From NCBI GenBank assembly GCA_050252455.1, contig JBFWKW010000001.1, positions 161,151-225,150 of the forward strand: a stretch of 64,000 nt of DNA, written 5' to 3'. The notes below the pieces were generated by a model. That model saw only the letters and a program-made list of their open reading frames with translations, did no database searches and was not told the origin of the DNA. The translations under genes were made by a program, and so were the position numbers. Origin of the DNA: Campylobacterales bacterium. Lineage in GTDB: Bacteria; Campylobacterota; Campylobacteria; Campylobacterales; UBA6016. Positions 1 through 9,395 of the stretch are shown here, one piece after another (position 1 is the stretch's first letter; each line of letters starts with the position of its first letter).

Positions 1-56
1 GACGGAGCCGTGTTCGAGATATTAATAGACGAATTTATAGAAAATTAAATTACTTC

Positions 57-65
57 TGTTATAAT
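57..65 (+). promoter_or_regulatory. candidate extended -10 promoter for tRNA-Ala
   Basis: TGTTATAAT at 57-65, about 20 nt upstream of the mature tRNA 5' end (86). No experimental support. Confidence 0.3.
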
Positions 66-85
66 TTTCGCCTCCCAAACATCGT

Positions 86-161
86 GGGGCATTAGCTCAG
101 CTGGGAGAGCGCAACGCTGGCAGCGTTGAGGTCAGCGGTTCGAACCCGCTATGCTCCACCA
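86..161 (+). tRNA. tRNA-Ala (anticodon GGC)
   Basis: 76-nt cloverleaf folded by hand: acceptor GGGGCAT/ATGCTCC with the G3:U70 alanine identity pair, D arm GCTC/GAGC, anticodon arm CAACG-CTGGCAG-CGTTG (GGC), T arm AGCGG-TTCGAAC-CCGCT, encoded CCA. Confidence 0.95.
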
Positions 162-223
162 ACCATCAACTTTTAATCCCCAATGACGATTTACTTTGTA
201 TACAACCAAAAAAAGGATTGAAT

Positions 224-817
224 ATGCAAGTAACCGAGAGTTCAAAATATCAATCATATATGATGAATATAAAAGCGTCTTTGAATGTAGGCGACGAGTC
301 CATAGTCGATAAAAACGGCTTAAGCGACGAAGCAAAAGAGAAAATAAAAAACGGTGAATTATCCGCAAAATCACTCTCAAATTCATATTTGTTTGAGTTT
401 AGCTTGACCGTAGAGAGCTATTCGAGTACATCGTTTGAAGCGCAAAACGGCATATTTGATATCAATAAAGTAAAGAGCCTAACGAAAAATTTGGAGCTTG
501 ACAAACTCGGCTACAAAGGCAAACCCATAGGCGATTTGACACCCGATGAAGCAAAAGAGCTTGTCGGCGAGGACGGGTTTTTTGGTGTCTCAAAAACATC
601 GGATAGGCTTGCAGACTTTGTTATTGCCGGAGGCGGCGACAATATCGATAAGTTAAAATCAGGAAGAGAGGGGATAATAAAAGGCTTCAAAGATGCGGAA
701 GCGCTGTGGGGTGAAAAACTCCCCGATATATCCTATGAAACCCTAGATAAAGCGCTTGAAAAAATAGATAAAAGAATAGAGGAGCTAGGCGGCAAAGCCT
801 TAGACGTTCAGGCCTAG
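224..817 (+). CDS. hypothetical protein (no family recognised)
   Basis: Long ORF. The track start at 218 is TTG; the ATG at 224 lies 6 nt after AAAGGA. No motif I can name. Confidence 0.55.
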   Translation: MQVTESSKYQSYMMNIKASLNVGDESIVDKNGLSDEAKEKIKNGELSAKSLSNSYLFEFSLTVESYSSTSFEAQNGIFDINKVKSLTKNLELDKLGYKGKPIGDLTPDEAKELVGEDGFFGVSKTSDRLADFVIAGGGDNIDKLKSGREGIIKGFKDAEALWGEKLPDISYETLDKALEKIDKRIEELGGKALDVQA

Positions 818-1635
818 CCTAGCGTCTTTACAAGCTCCTCGGCTATCTCTTTGTAATATGCTTTGTACTCTTCATCCGCATGAGCAACAGGCGGCGTGCC
901 CTCGTCGCTAAGTTCCCTTATTTGCATAAGAAGCGGTATTTGCCCAAGCAGTTTAACGCCGTAGTTTGCGGCAAGCATCTCACCCCCACCGCTCCCGAAG
1001 ATATCATATCTAGCTTTTGTATCCGGCGTTACAAAATAGCTCATATTTTCTACTATTCCGGCTATCGGCACTTTGATGTCTTGAAACATCCGTATCGCAC
1101 GACTCACATCATCAGTTGCCACCGCTTGCGGAGTAGTCACTAGTATGCCCGCCGATATTTTCATCTCTTGAGCGGTAGTGAGCTGTATATCGCCAGTCCC
1201 CGGGGGCATATCTATAACAAAATAATCAAGCTCGCCCCACTCCACATCCTCAATGAGTTGAACAAGAGCGCTTACCGCCACGGAGCTCCTCCATACAAGC
1301 GGCGTATCCGGTGTCGGAGTAGTGATGCCGACCGACATTATCTTGACTCCATAGTTTTCACTAGGGATTATCTTGTCATTTGCGCCCCATTTGAGCGTCT
1401 CATGTCTGATATTTAGAAGCCTTGGAATATCGGGGCCGTATATGTCGGCATCAAGAATACCCACTTTTTTGCCTAGCTGCGCAAGCGCTACGGCAAGATT
1501 AGCGCTTACCGTACTTTTGCCTACGCCGCCCTTGCCGCTTGTGACGGCTATAACGTGCTTCGCAAACTTTGCCCTATCGTTTGGTTTTTCAAAAGTGCCG
1601 TATGTAAGCGGTTTTTTAGCTTGAGACGGATTCAT
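814..1635 (-). CDS. Mrp/NBP35/ApbC-family P-loop ATPase (cysteine-free variant)
   Basis: Deviant Walker A VTSGKGGVGKST, DADIYGP, and ENMSYF...DIFG block typical of Mrp/ApbC. The usual CxxC in that block reads VTPDT and the whole protein has no Cys. ATG preceded by AGAGGTG. Confidence 0.85.
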   Translation of the reverse strand: MNPSQAKKPLTYGTFEKPNDRAKFAKHVIAVTSGKGGVGKSTVSANLAVALAQLGKKVGILDADIYGPDIPRLLNIRHETLKWGANDKIIPSENYGVKIMSVGITTPTPDTPLVWRSSVAVSALVQLIEDVEWGELDYFVIDMPPGTGDIQLTTAQEMKISAGILVTTPQAVATDDVSRAIRMFQDIKVPIAGIVENMSYFVTPDTKARYDIFGSGGGEMLAANYGVKLLGQIPLLMQIRELSDEGTPPVAHADEEYKAYYKEIAEELVKTLG

Positions 1636-2014
1636 TTTGCACCTCTTTTATGGCATTCTCTATTTTTCTTATGGCGCGCTTTGCTTTTATCGTCCACCCG
1701 CTCGTAGCGTCCTCTGCTTTTGGGAAATTATTTGCAAGCTCTTCATATACGACAAGTCTGCTTTCCATCAATTTTTTGATAACTTCCAGAGCTTCGACCA
1801 AACGCCCGTTCTCTTTTGCTACTTTTAGTAACTCACCGAACATTTTATGGTTATCTGTCAGCTTTATCTCTATACCCATCTTTTCGGATATACTCTTTAG
1901 CTCTGCATTGGTTATATATATACCGCTATAGTCGACCCCTAGAAGTTCATATAAGTAGAACCCCAAAGAGCTGGAAATTAAATTTTTATTATCATCAATA
2001 TTAGAAATATTCAT
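1616..2014 (-). CDS. hypothetical protein
   Basis: 132-aa ORF with normal composition. Its 3' end overlaps the mrp-like start by 20 nt (same strand, probable operon). Confidence 0.5.
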   Translation of the reverse strand: MNISNIDDNKNLISSSLGFYLYELLGVDYSGIYITNAELKSISEKMGIEIKLTDNHKMFGELLKVAKENGRLVEALEVIKKLMESRLVVYEELANNFPKAEDATSGWTIKAKRAIRKIENAIKEVQNESVSS

Positions 2015-2281
2015 AATAAGTCTCGCTTACAATTTGGCATTTTTTATAAAAAATCATCTTAACTAAAACATTATGAAAATACAAATAAATAGCTGTGATT
2101 TAAGCTATCCGAGCCTCCCCTTGCAAGCTTTTTTTATGGTGTTACTTATACTTATTTAAATAAAAATAATAATAACTTTAGTTAATACAATTAAGACTTC
2201 ATTAAGATAAGTTTACTTAAAATTTATTCCCTTGCAAAAAGCAAAAATTAAAAGTCAAGAAGAGCAATAAAAGGAGCGTTT

Positions 2282-3202
2282 ATGAGGAAGCTACTGGCAT
2301 CACTTTGCCTATTTTCTTCGGTTGCCGCTATCTCTGCACTGGCCGATGATATAACGATATCGGCCAAAGAAGCAAAAGAATTGGTAGGCAAACCGGGAGT
2401 CGTGTTTGTAAGCGGCGATAATGCGGACGTTTACGGACTTAATCACGTAGAGGGCTCTATGAATATGGACGCTCACCACCTTCACCACTCTGATATAACG
2501 GGACATTTGCACTGTGCTCCGCTTTATATGTGCGTTGAAGAGGCGGAACAGTTTATAGGTTCAAAAGGTATCGACAACGATACGCTTGTAATAGCTTATG
2601 ACGACTTCAAAGGTCCAAATGCTTCCGGTGTTTGGCATTTTTTCAAAAGCTACGGACACAATAAAGTAAAAATAGTAGACGGCGGCATAACACAACTGAA
2701 AAATGCAGGTGTAAAAATAGCCAAAGGCGCCGAACCAAAAGTAGCTGCAAAAACTTTCAAAATCGATCCTAAAAAAATCAATTACGACATAATAGTATCC
2801 AAAGAAGATATGCTAAAAGCCGTTAAGGACATTGAAGCAAACGGCGATAAATCAAAATATATGATTATCGATACAAGAAGAATCGAGGAAATTATAGGCG
2901 CCACAAAGCTTGACAACGTTGCACGCGGCGGGCACGTACCTAACGCCAAATTCATGGAGTGGACAAACTTTAGCGATGCGGCAAAAAAACTCTCTTATAA
3001 AACCGAAGACGAAATGAAGGCGGCTTTGGAAAAATTTGGCATCAGCAAAGACAAAACTATCTATACGTATTGCCACGTTGGAGCGGGAAGAGGCTCATAT
3101 ATAGCTACCGTGCTTGAAAAACTAGGCTATAAAAACGTGAAAGTCTATACCGGCTCATGGGACGAGTGGGGTAACGACTGGAACATGCCGATAAGACGAT
3201 GA
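2282..3202 (+). CDS. secreted tandem-rhodanese sulfurtransferase
   Basis: AAGGAG RBS. Signal peptide MRKLLASLCLFSSVAAISALA. Two rhodanese-like halves; C-terminal half carries the active-site loop CHVGAGRGS. Its stop overlaps an ATG of the next gene (ATGA at 3199-3202). Confidence 0.85.
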   Translation: MRKLLASLCLFSSVAAISALADDITISAKEAKELVGKPGVVFVSGDNADVYGLNHVEGSMNMDAHHLHHSDITGHLHCAPLYMCVEEAEQFIGSKGIDNDTLVIAYDDFKGPNASGVWHFFKSYGHNKVKIVDGGITQLKNAGVKIAKGAEPKVAAKTFKIDPKKINYDIIVSKEDMLKAVKDIEANGDKSKYMIIDTRRIEEIIGATKLDNVARGGHVPNAKFMEWTNFSDAAKKLSYKTEDEMKAALEKFGISKDKTIYTYCHVGAGRGSYIATVLEKLGYKNVKVYTGSWDEWGNDWNMPIRR

Positions 3203-3216
3203 GGGAGAAAGTAATA

Positions 3217-6096
3217 ATGGTAAAAAATAGAAGAGACTTTTTAAAAGCTTCGGGTCTAACGGCAGCACTAGTAGCCGGACAAGGTTCACTGTTTGCAAAA
3301 ACAAACGTAACTAAAGTCGAAAATGCAAAAGAGGCTTATCCTAATGCTAGCATGACGGAAAACCTATACAGAAATGAGTTTGCTTTCACTTACGGCAAAA
3401 AAGAAGAGCATGGTTTTGCATACCACTGCGTTAACTGTCAAGGTAACTGTGCGTGGGAAATCTGGTCAAACAACGGTGTTGTAACCAGAGAAAACCAATC
3501 CGCAAGATATCCGATAATCAACCCAAGCATCCCTGACTTCAACCCAAGGGGCTGTAACAAAGGTGTTGAGCACTCTCAGGTAATGTACGAAAAAGACAGA
3601 ATCCTCTACCCGATGAAAAGAATGGGCAAAAGAGGCGAAGGTAAATGGAAAAGAATCAGCTGGGATGAGGCAACTCAGGAAATAGCTCAAAAACTATACG
3701 ACACAATGATAGACCCTAAAAAAGGTCCCGGCGCAATCACGGTTCATGCCGGTACAGGTCTTTTGACGGAAGGTAGAAGGGGCGGACCTCTTAGATTCTC
3801 CACTCAGCTAGGCGCGGTAAGAATCTATCCTGCTTCATATCTGGGCGACATGTTCTCGGGTGCTGCGGTAGCTTACGGCGAAGGTAACATGGGCTGCACT
3901 TACGACTTTATGTATGGCGTAAACGTAGCCATTATGTGGGGTGCAAATCCATCTGCAACAAGAATACCTGACGCTCACTTCGTATGGGAAGGCAAATACA
4001 ACGGCGCTAAAATCGTTGTTATTACCCCTGAATTCAATGCTTCTGCATCAAGAGCGCACCTATGGGTACCGATCAAACCGGGTACGGACAACTACCTTGC
4101 GATGAGCATCATCCATGAGCTAATCAGCAAAAAACTTTATATGCCGCAAGCGGTAAAAACATACACAGACCTTCCTTTCCTTGTAAGAGTCGATAACAAA
4201 AAACTTCTAAGAAGAAGCGATATCGAGCATGCAAAAGACGACAAACAGCACCATAAGTTTGAAGAAGAGTTCTACACTTGGAATACAAAAACAAACTCTA
4301 TCGCGCCAATGCCGGGAAGCCACGGGAGCGACCTCTCAACCCTAAGACTAAAAGACAAAGGCTACGATATAGACCCTGCTCTTGAAGGTACTTGGGATGT
4401 CAAACTTCACGACGGCAAAACTGTAAAAGTAACAACTGTTTTTGAACTACTAAAAGTTGAAGCGGCCAAATTTACGGCTGAAAATACTCAAAAAATGACG
4501 GGTGTACACCCTTCTATAGTTGAAGAGCTGGCACGTGACATCGCAAAAGAAAACGTAGTAGAAATAACTACCGGCTTCTCTCTAAACAAATATTTCAACG
4601 GCATCCTAAACATCTGGAATATCGCTTCAATATGCGGTCTTACAGGTAGATACGGCCCTAGAGGCGGTCTAAATACCGAAAATGAATTCCAACTTTCCGG
4701 CCTAGAGACGCTATCGGGTCACGCAGGCAAGTACCAAGCAAGATTCGGCTCAGGCTTCTTTGGCGAGTTTATGTTCGGTAACGGTATGAAAGACTTTGAT
4801 AGATACTTCTCAGACGCAGACCTAAAAAGATCGCAAGGTATTGAGAAAAAAGAGTACAAAGCGATTATCGAGCAGATGGTAAAAGACGGTAAAGCGTTTG
4901 CCAACGATCCGAAAAAAGCGAAAAAAGCAAAACCGTTCTGGATGCCTGAAGTAGCGCTTTTGGTTGCCGACTCAAGATTTAGAAGAAACAAAGGTACTAC
5001 TTATAGAGAAGAATTCCTCAAGCTAACTAAATACTTTGCGTATGTAGACTATCGCATGAGCGAAACTGCAATATACGCAGACATCCTTCTTCCGGCAAAA
5101 TCTCACTACGAGGTATTTGACCTTAGAAGCTCACCTGGATACCACAGATTTACGAACCTTGCCCACCCTGTAGCAAACTTGAAACCTGTAGGCGAAGCAA
5201 AAGACGAGTGGAGCATATTTGAACTTCTATCGCTAAAACTTCAAGAAATAGCAAAAAAAGGGCCTGTACAAAAAGTAAAAGACCCAAGCTATACGAGAGA
5301 CGGCGTCAGAGAACTTGATAAGTTCCATGATGAATATACAAATCACGATGAAGAATCGGAAGGTCTACTTGAACCGTATCTTGGAAACGACAAACTAGCT
5401 GTAGAAGCAGCTCTTGATAAGTGTGAGCAGTATAGCCCGTACACTATAGAGAAAATGAAAAAATCAGGCGGCTTTCTCGTCCTAAACGAAAAAGCGGCTC
5501 AAACATCGCCTCTATATGCAGACAGACCGTACAATTCATGGGAAGATCAAATGTTTAAATTTGAGAAGTTCCACACACTAAGCGGTAGACAAACATTCTA
5601 TGTTGACCACGATATGTGGATTAAACTGGGAGTTACGGTCAATACGGCAAGAGAGAATATCGCCCCTGTAAGCAAAGCGTTCCCGTTCACAATGCTAACG
5701 CCGCACGCTAGATGGTCGATTCACGCGAACTATAAAAACTCTAAGTTCCTAATGAGACTTCAAAGAGGCAAGCCTTGGATTGCAATCAATGATAAAGTTG
5801 CAAAAATCAAGGGAATCAAAGACGGTGACGACGTAAGAATCTATAACAACATAGGGCAGTTCTTCGCGATGGCTAAAGTATCACACTCCGCGCCGATGGA
5901 TTCACTAGTAATCGAGGACGGCTGGGAACCGAATATGTTTAAAGGAATGAGAGGACCGAACGACGTAGTTCCTACCTCGCTGAACCTGCTTGAGATGGCA
6001 GACAACTGGGGACACCTAAAATTCGGTGGTCTTTGGGACGGTAACCAATACGCATACGATGCGGCCGTAAACATTGAAAAAGCTAAAAAAGCTTGA
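3217..6096 (+). CDS. molybdopterin oxidoreductase catalytic (alpha) subunit, NarG/SerA/PcrA/EbdA-like (type II DMSO reductase family), Tat-exported
   Basis: Twin-arginine signal NRRDFLKASGLTAALVAG. FS0 motif HCVNCQGNCAW...PRGCNKG (H-x3-C-x3-C...C). About 960 aa. ATG 3217 lies 9 nt after GGAG; alternative ATG at 3199. Confidence 0.9.
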   Translation: MVKNRRDFLKASGLTAALVAGQGSLFAKTNVTKVENAKEAYPNASMTENLYRNEFAFTYGKKEEHGFAYHCVNCQGNCAWEIWSNNGVVTRENQSARYPIINPSIPDFNPRGCNKGVEHSQVMYEKDRILYPMKRMGKRGEGKWKRISWDEATQEIAQKLYDTMIDPKKGPGAITVHAGTGLLTEGRRGGPLRFSTQLGAVRIYPASYLGDMFSGAAVAYGEGNMGCTYDFMYGVNVAIMWGANPSATRIPDAHFVWEGKYNGAKIVVITPEFNASASRAHLWVPIKPGTDNYLAMSIIHELISKKLYMPQAVKTYTDLPFLVRVDNKKLLRRSDIEHAKDDKQHHKFEEEFYTWNTKTNSIAPMPGSHGSDLSTLRLKDKGYDIDPALEGTWDVKLHDGKTVKVTTVFELLKVEAAKFTAENTQKMTGVHPSIVEELARDIAKENVVEITTGFSLNKYFNGILNIWNIASICGLTGRYGPRGGLNTENEFQLSGLETLSGHAGKYQARFGSGFFGEFMFGNGMKDFDRYFSDADLKRSQGIEKKEYKAIIEQMVKDGKAFANDPKKAKKAKPFWMPEVALLVADSRFRRNKGTTYREEFLKLTKYFAYVDYRMSETAIYADILLPAKSHYEVFDLRSSPGYHRFTNLAHPVANLKPVGEAKDEWSIFELLSLKLQEIAKKGPVQKVKDPSYTRDGVRELDKFHDEYTNHDEESEGLLEPYLGNDKLAVEAALDKCEQYSPYTIEKMKKSGGFLVLNEKAAQTSPLYADRPYNSWEDQMFKFEKFHTLSGRQTFYVDHDMWIKLGVTVNTARENIAPVSKAFPFTMLTPHARWSIHANYKNSKFLMRLQRGKPWIAINDKVAKIKGIKDGDDVRIYNNIGQFFAMAKVSHSAPMDSLVIEDGWEPNMFKGMRGPNDVVPTSLNLLEMADNWGHLKFGGLWDGNQYAYDAAVNIEKAKKA

Positions 6097-6113
6097 GAGC
6101 AGGAGAATAATAT

Positions 6114-7199
6114 ATGTCAGAAAATGTAACAACTAAAAGACAGTTAGCGATGGTCATGGACCTAAACAAATGTATCGGCTGTCAAACTTGTACCGTTGCC
6201 TGCAAAACGCAATGGACAAATAGAAACGGAAGAGATTATATGTACTGGAATAACGTCGAGACGTTTCCAGGTGTGGGCTATCCTAAAAACTGGCAGACAT
6301 CAGGCGGCGGATTTGACAATGAGGGCAATCTAAAAGAGGGTGTAATCCCTGAAATAGAAACAGGTTACGGTACGCCATGGGATTTTAACCACGACGAACT
6401 AGCCAAGGGCGTTGAATTTAAATCCAACGTCGCCCCTATCTGGGGACCAAACTGGGATGAAGACCAAGGTGCGGGCAACTTCCCGTCCGACAACTATTTC
6501 TTCTACATCCCAAGACTTTGCAACCACTGCGATAATCCAGGATGTCTTGCGGCGTGCCCAAGAGATGCGATATTCAAAAGAAGTCAAGACGGCGTAGTTC
6601 TTGTCGACCAAGACAGATGCCAAGGTTATAGATTTTGTATAGCGGGTTGCCCTTACAAAAAAATCTATTTCAACCCAAAAATTTCAAAATCAGAAAAATG
6701 TATTTTCTGTTTCCCACGCGTTGAAAAAGGTCTTCCAACCGCTTGTGCACAACAATGCGTAGGTAGAATCAGATTTTTAGGATTCCTAGATGACGAAGAG
6801 GGTCAAGTATACAAACTTGTCAAAAAATACAAAGTTGCTCTTCCATTAAGACCTGACGCAAATACCGGAGCAAACGTATACTATGTGCCGCCTGTAGCCG
6901 GACCGCTCAAATTTGACGCAAACGGCAAGCCTATTCCTGGTAGCGATAGGGTTCCTGCAGAGCAGCTAGAAGCGCTATTTGGCAAGGAAGTACACGCGGC
7001 AATCAAAACAATAAAAGACGAAATGGAAAAAAGAAAAGCTAGCGGTAAATCTGAGCTTCTCGACCTTCTAATCGCATACAAACACTCTGATATGTTCAGA
7101 CTGGATGCGGGATATTATGCGCATCACAACAACTCGCTAAAACCTGTAGACCACAGATACGATGCGGGTAAATTCACATCATTTAAGGCGGTGCACTAA
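6114..7199 (+). CDS. iron-sulfur (beta) subunit, NarH/SerB-like, 4 clusters
   Basis: CIGCQTCTVAC, CNHCDNPGCLAACP, CQGYRFCIAGCP (aromatic residue at the 3Fe-4S position), CIFC...CAQQC. No signal peptide, so probably a Tat hitch-hiker. Confidence 0.9.
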   Translation: MSENVTTKRQLAMVMDLNKCIGCQTCTVACKTQWTNRNGRDYMYWNNVETFPGVGYPKNWQTSGGGFDNEGNLKEGVIPEIETGYGTPWDFNHDELAKGVEFKSNVAPIWGPNWDEDQGAGNFPSDNYFFYIPRLCNHCDNPGCLAACPRDAIFKRSQDGVVLVDQDRCQGYRFCIAGCPYKKIYFNPKISKSEKCIFCFPRVEKGLPTACAQQCVGRIRFLGFLDDEEGQVYKLVKKYKVALPLRPDANTGANVYYVPPVAGPLKFDANGKPIPGSDRVPAEQLEALFGKEVHAAIKTIKDEMEKRKASGKSELLDLLIAYKHSDMFRLDAGYYAHHNNSLKPVDHRYDAGKFTSFKAVH

Positions 7200-8368
7200 T
7201 GAATAAAACTGTTAAGCTACTCACACTTACGGCGCTTGCAGGCATTAGCCTTACCGCCGCCGAATCGCTAACAGCGGTAAAAGCAGATAAACTAGACGCA
7301 TCTAAAGTAAAACTTGAAAGCGTAATGCTATACCCGCAAACGACTATCGGCAACAACGATAAAGACGCTACCGAGAAAATGAAAGGGCTAAAAGCCCTTG
7401 AAGCCAAAGCCGGCGTAGCCGTCAGCGGCAAAGAGATGATGGTTGTCGTAAAATGGAAAGACGCCACAAACTCAAAACAAAGTGCAACAAGCACAAAACT
7501 ATTCGGTGATAGCGTAGCGATACAATTCCCTGCGGCTTGTATGGAGGCGGACAAACTTCCATACATCGGAATGGGAAGCGAAGGTAGACAAGTAACCGTG
7601 CTTTTGCAAAAAAATGCCGATGCAATATATCCGGCTAGCGAAAAAGCCGACGTAACAATGCAACAAGCAAAACAAAATCTAAACCTATTCGGTGAAGAAC
7701 TTAAGAAAAAAGAAGCTGCGCAAAAAGCACTTAGCGGCAAATACGCAAAAGTTTTCGTATCTGAGGGCTTTAGATCTATGACCGAGGCAAGAGATGCCAA
7801 AGGCTACGATATGTCTATGAGCTACAAAGGTGGTGAGTGGACGGCGGTATTTAAAAAACCTCTTAACGACGATTACTCAAAATCTTGCGACGCAACGCCT
7901 ATGGCTATAGCTATTTGGGACGGCGCAAAAGACGGCAGAAACGGCAACAAATGGCTTTCAGGCTGGACTCCGATTAATGTTACCGGAAGCGCAAAAGCAA
8001 AAGCAGATATAGCAAAAATCACGGAGAAATCAAAAGGTAACGTAGCAAACGGTAAAAAACTTGCTGCAGACAACTGTGCCTCTTGCCACACTATGGGTGA
8101 TGCGAAAGCCCCTATGGCATACATGGCACCAGACCTTTCAAATATCGGTGGATATGCGACGGCGGGATACCTAAAAGAGTCTATCCTAAACCCAAATGCA
8201 GCGATAGTGCCTGGATATAACAAAAACGCGCATCCGGCAGGCGTTTGGTACAACGTAGACGATAAAGGCGCTAGAACTTCTACAATGCCTGCGTTTGACT
8301 ATCTAAAACCAAACGAAATTGACGATATAGTAGCGTATCTACAAACTCTAAAAGCGGGGGTTAAATAA
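7199..8368 (+). CDS. gamma subunit: EB_dh-like heme-b domain fused to C-terminal class I cytochrome c
   Basis: Signal peptide. PYIGMG and AIWDGAKDGRNGNKWLSGW blocks as in EbdC/SerC/DdhC-type gamma subunits. C-terminal CASCH plus distal TMPAF. TAATG overlap with beta. Confidence 0.85.
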   Translation: MNKTVKLLTLTALAGISLTAAESLTAVKADKLDASKVKLESVMLYPQTTIGNNDKDATEKMKGLKALEAKAGVAVSGKEMMVVVKWKDATNSKQSATSTKLFGDSVAIQFPAACMEADKLPYIGMGSEGRQVTVLLQKNADAIYPASEKADVTMQQAKQNLNLFGEELKKKEAAQKALSGKYAKVFVSEGFRSMTEARDAKGYDMSMSYKGGEWTAVFKKPLNDDYSKSCDATPMAIAIWDGAKDGRNGNKWLSGWTPINVTGSAKAKADIAKITEKSKGNVANGKKLAADNCASCHTMGDAKAPMAYMAPDLSNIGGYATAGYLKESILNPNAAIVPGYNKNAHPAGVWYNVDDKGARTSTMPAFDYLKPNEIDDIVAYLQTLKAGVK

Positions 8369-8763
8369 TGAAAAAAATACTACTTGCATCATTATTTGCG
8401 GGGCTTATTTCTAGTTCCGTATTTGCCGCTACGACAGCAGCCGAGGCTGAGGATATCAAGCCTATGGCGGGTGAAGTAGAAAAAAAAGGTGTTTTGGCAA
8501 CTGAAGAGTGTATCAAAAAAGGGCAATTCAAAGATTGCAAACTTGACACTACGGTTAACAGTCCGCTAGCTTTGTTTGTTCATAGCGAAGGGGTAACGTA
8601 CAAACTCGATACGGCAAACGTAGCGCTAAGAGATATGGACGGCGGTATAGGCAAAAACAACGTAACCATAATAGGGACACTTGGAAAAGACAATGTAATC
8701 AAAATGAGGGGATACAAAGCTCCTCCGCCTGAAGCAAAATCATTCTTCAAAGGCTGCCTCTAA
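8368..8763 (+). CDS. small secreted protein of unknown function, translationally coupled to gamma
   Basis: Signal peptide MKKILLASLFAGLISSSVFA. 131 aa with 3 Cys. TAATG overlap with the gamma stop. Confidence 0.6.
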   Translation: MKKILLASLFAGLISSSVFAATTAAEAEDIKPMAGEVEKKGVLATEECIKKGQFKDCKLDTTVNSPLALFVHSEGVTYKLDTANVALRDMDGGIGKNNVTIIGTLGKDNVIKMRGYKAPPPEAKSFFKGCL

Positions 8764-8773
8764 AATTCTTTAT

Positions 8774-8799
8774 ACAAAGGGGTCTCAAAGCCCCTTTGT
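8774..8799 (+). terminator. intra-operon stem-loop (attenuator/processing-site candidate)
   Basis: ACAAAGGGG-tctcaaag-CCCCTTTGT: perfect 9-bp stem with no following U-tract. Confidence 0.3.
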
Positions 8800-8840
8800 C
8801 CTATCCTTACACTCACTTTTTTCTCTAAGGTATCATCAAT

Positions 8841-9395
8841 ATGGACAATAAGCAAAGAGCTTTTATATATGCGTTTATGTCAACTGTTTTTTCCGATAAA
8901 CTCTCGAAAAAAGGGATTGAAGATTTAAAAAATAATCCTGATTTTTTAGATTTAATTGGAGAGAATGCAAAACGATATTTTGAAGAAAATGATATAGATA
9001 CGCTTGATGAAGAGTTGAACATAGACTTTACGAGCGCATTTTTGGCCAACTCCCACCCCGTAGAATCCTCAATAACCGATGCAAAGCATCAAATATCTAC
9101 CGGTCTTGAAAACCCCGTAATGAGCTTTTATATAGAAAGCGGTTTTGACGTAAATCTAAACAATACAAACCTACTGACCCCAGACCATATAGCTATAGAG
9201 CTCGGATTTATGCAAAATTTGGCGTTAAGCGAAGACATCAAGACACAAAAAGAGTTTATGCTAAAACATATACTCAAATGGATGATTCCATATTTTATAG
9301 GGGCAAAATCTTTGGTTGAAACTCCTTTTTATCTTGATTTCTTAGATTTTGCGACAGACTTCTTGCTCTCAGACTACGAGGCTCTAAATGTCTGA
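8841..9395 (+). CDS. TorD/NarJ-family redox-enzyme maturation chaperone (delta)
   Basis: 184 aa, cytoplasmic. TPDHIAIELGFMQ motif and the overall N-terminal Y..LS..F / C-terminal FY pattern of the NarJ/TorD family. Confidence 0.8.
   Translation: MDNKQRAFIYAFMSTVFSDKLSKKGIEDLKNNPDFLDLIGENAKRYFEENDIDTLDEELNIDFTSAFLANSHPVESSITDAKHQISTGLENPVMSFYIESGFDVNLNNTNLLTPDHIAIELGFMQNLALSEDIKTQKEFMLKHILKWMIPYFIGAKSLVETPFYLDFLDFATDFLLSDYEALNV

Noticed and set aside
1-48. Possible 3' end of an upstream plus-strand CDS (…DGAVFEILIDEFIEN*)
   Set aside because: Only 15 codons are visible and another frame is also open, so it cannot be supported.
132-386. 84-aa minus-strand ORF from the track
   Set aside because: It runs antisense through the tRNA-Ala gene and the start of the 224-817 CDS. 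It has a biased L/R/S-rich composition and no RBS. It is a shadow ORF.
3199-3216. Longer start for the molybdoenzyme alpha subunit (MREKVIM…), which makes an ATGA overlap with the rhodanese stop
   Set aside because: ATG 3217 has a well-spaced GGAG and gives a normal Tat n-region. The 3199 start remains possible, but I did not take it as primary.
7183-7800. 205-aa minus-strand ORF
   Set aside because: It is antisense to the gamma-subunit gene, which has clear EB_dh and cytochrome c motifs. Its S/A/F-rich low-complexity translation marks it as a shadow ORF.
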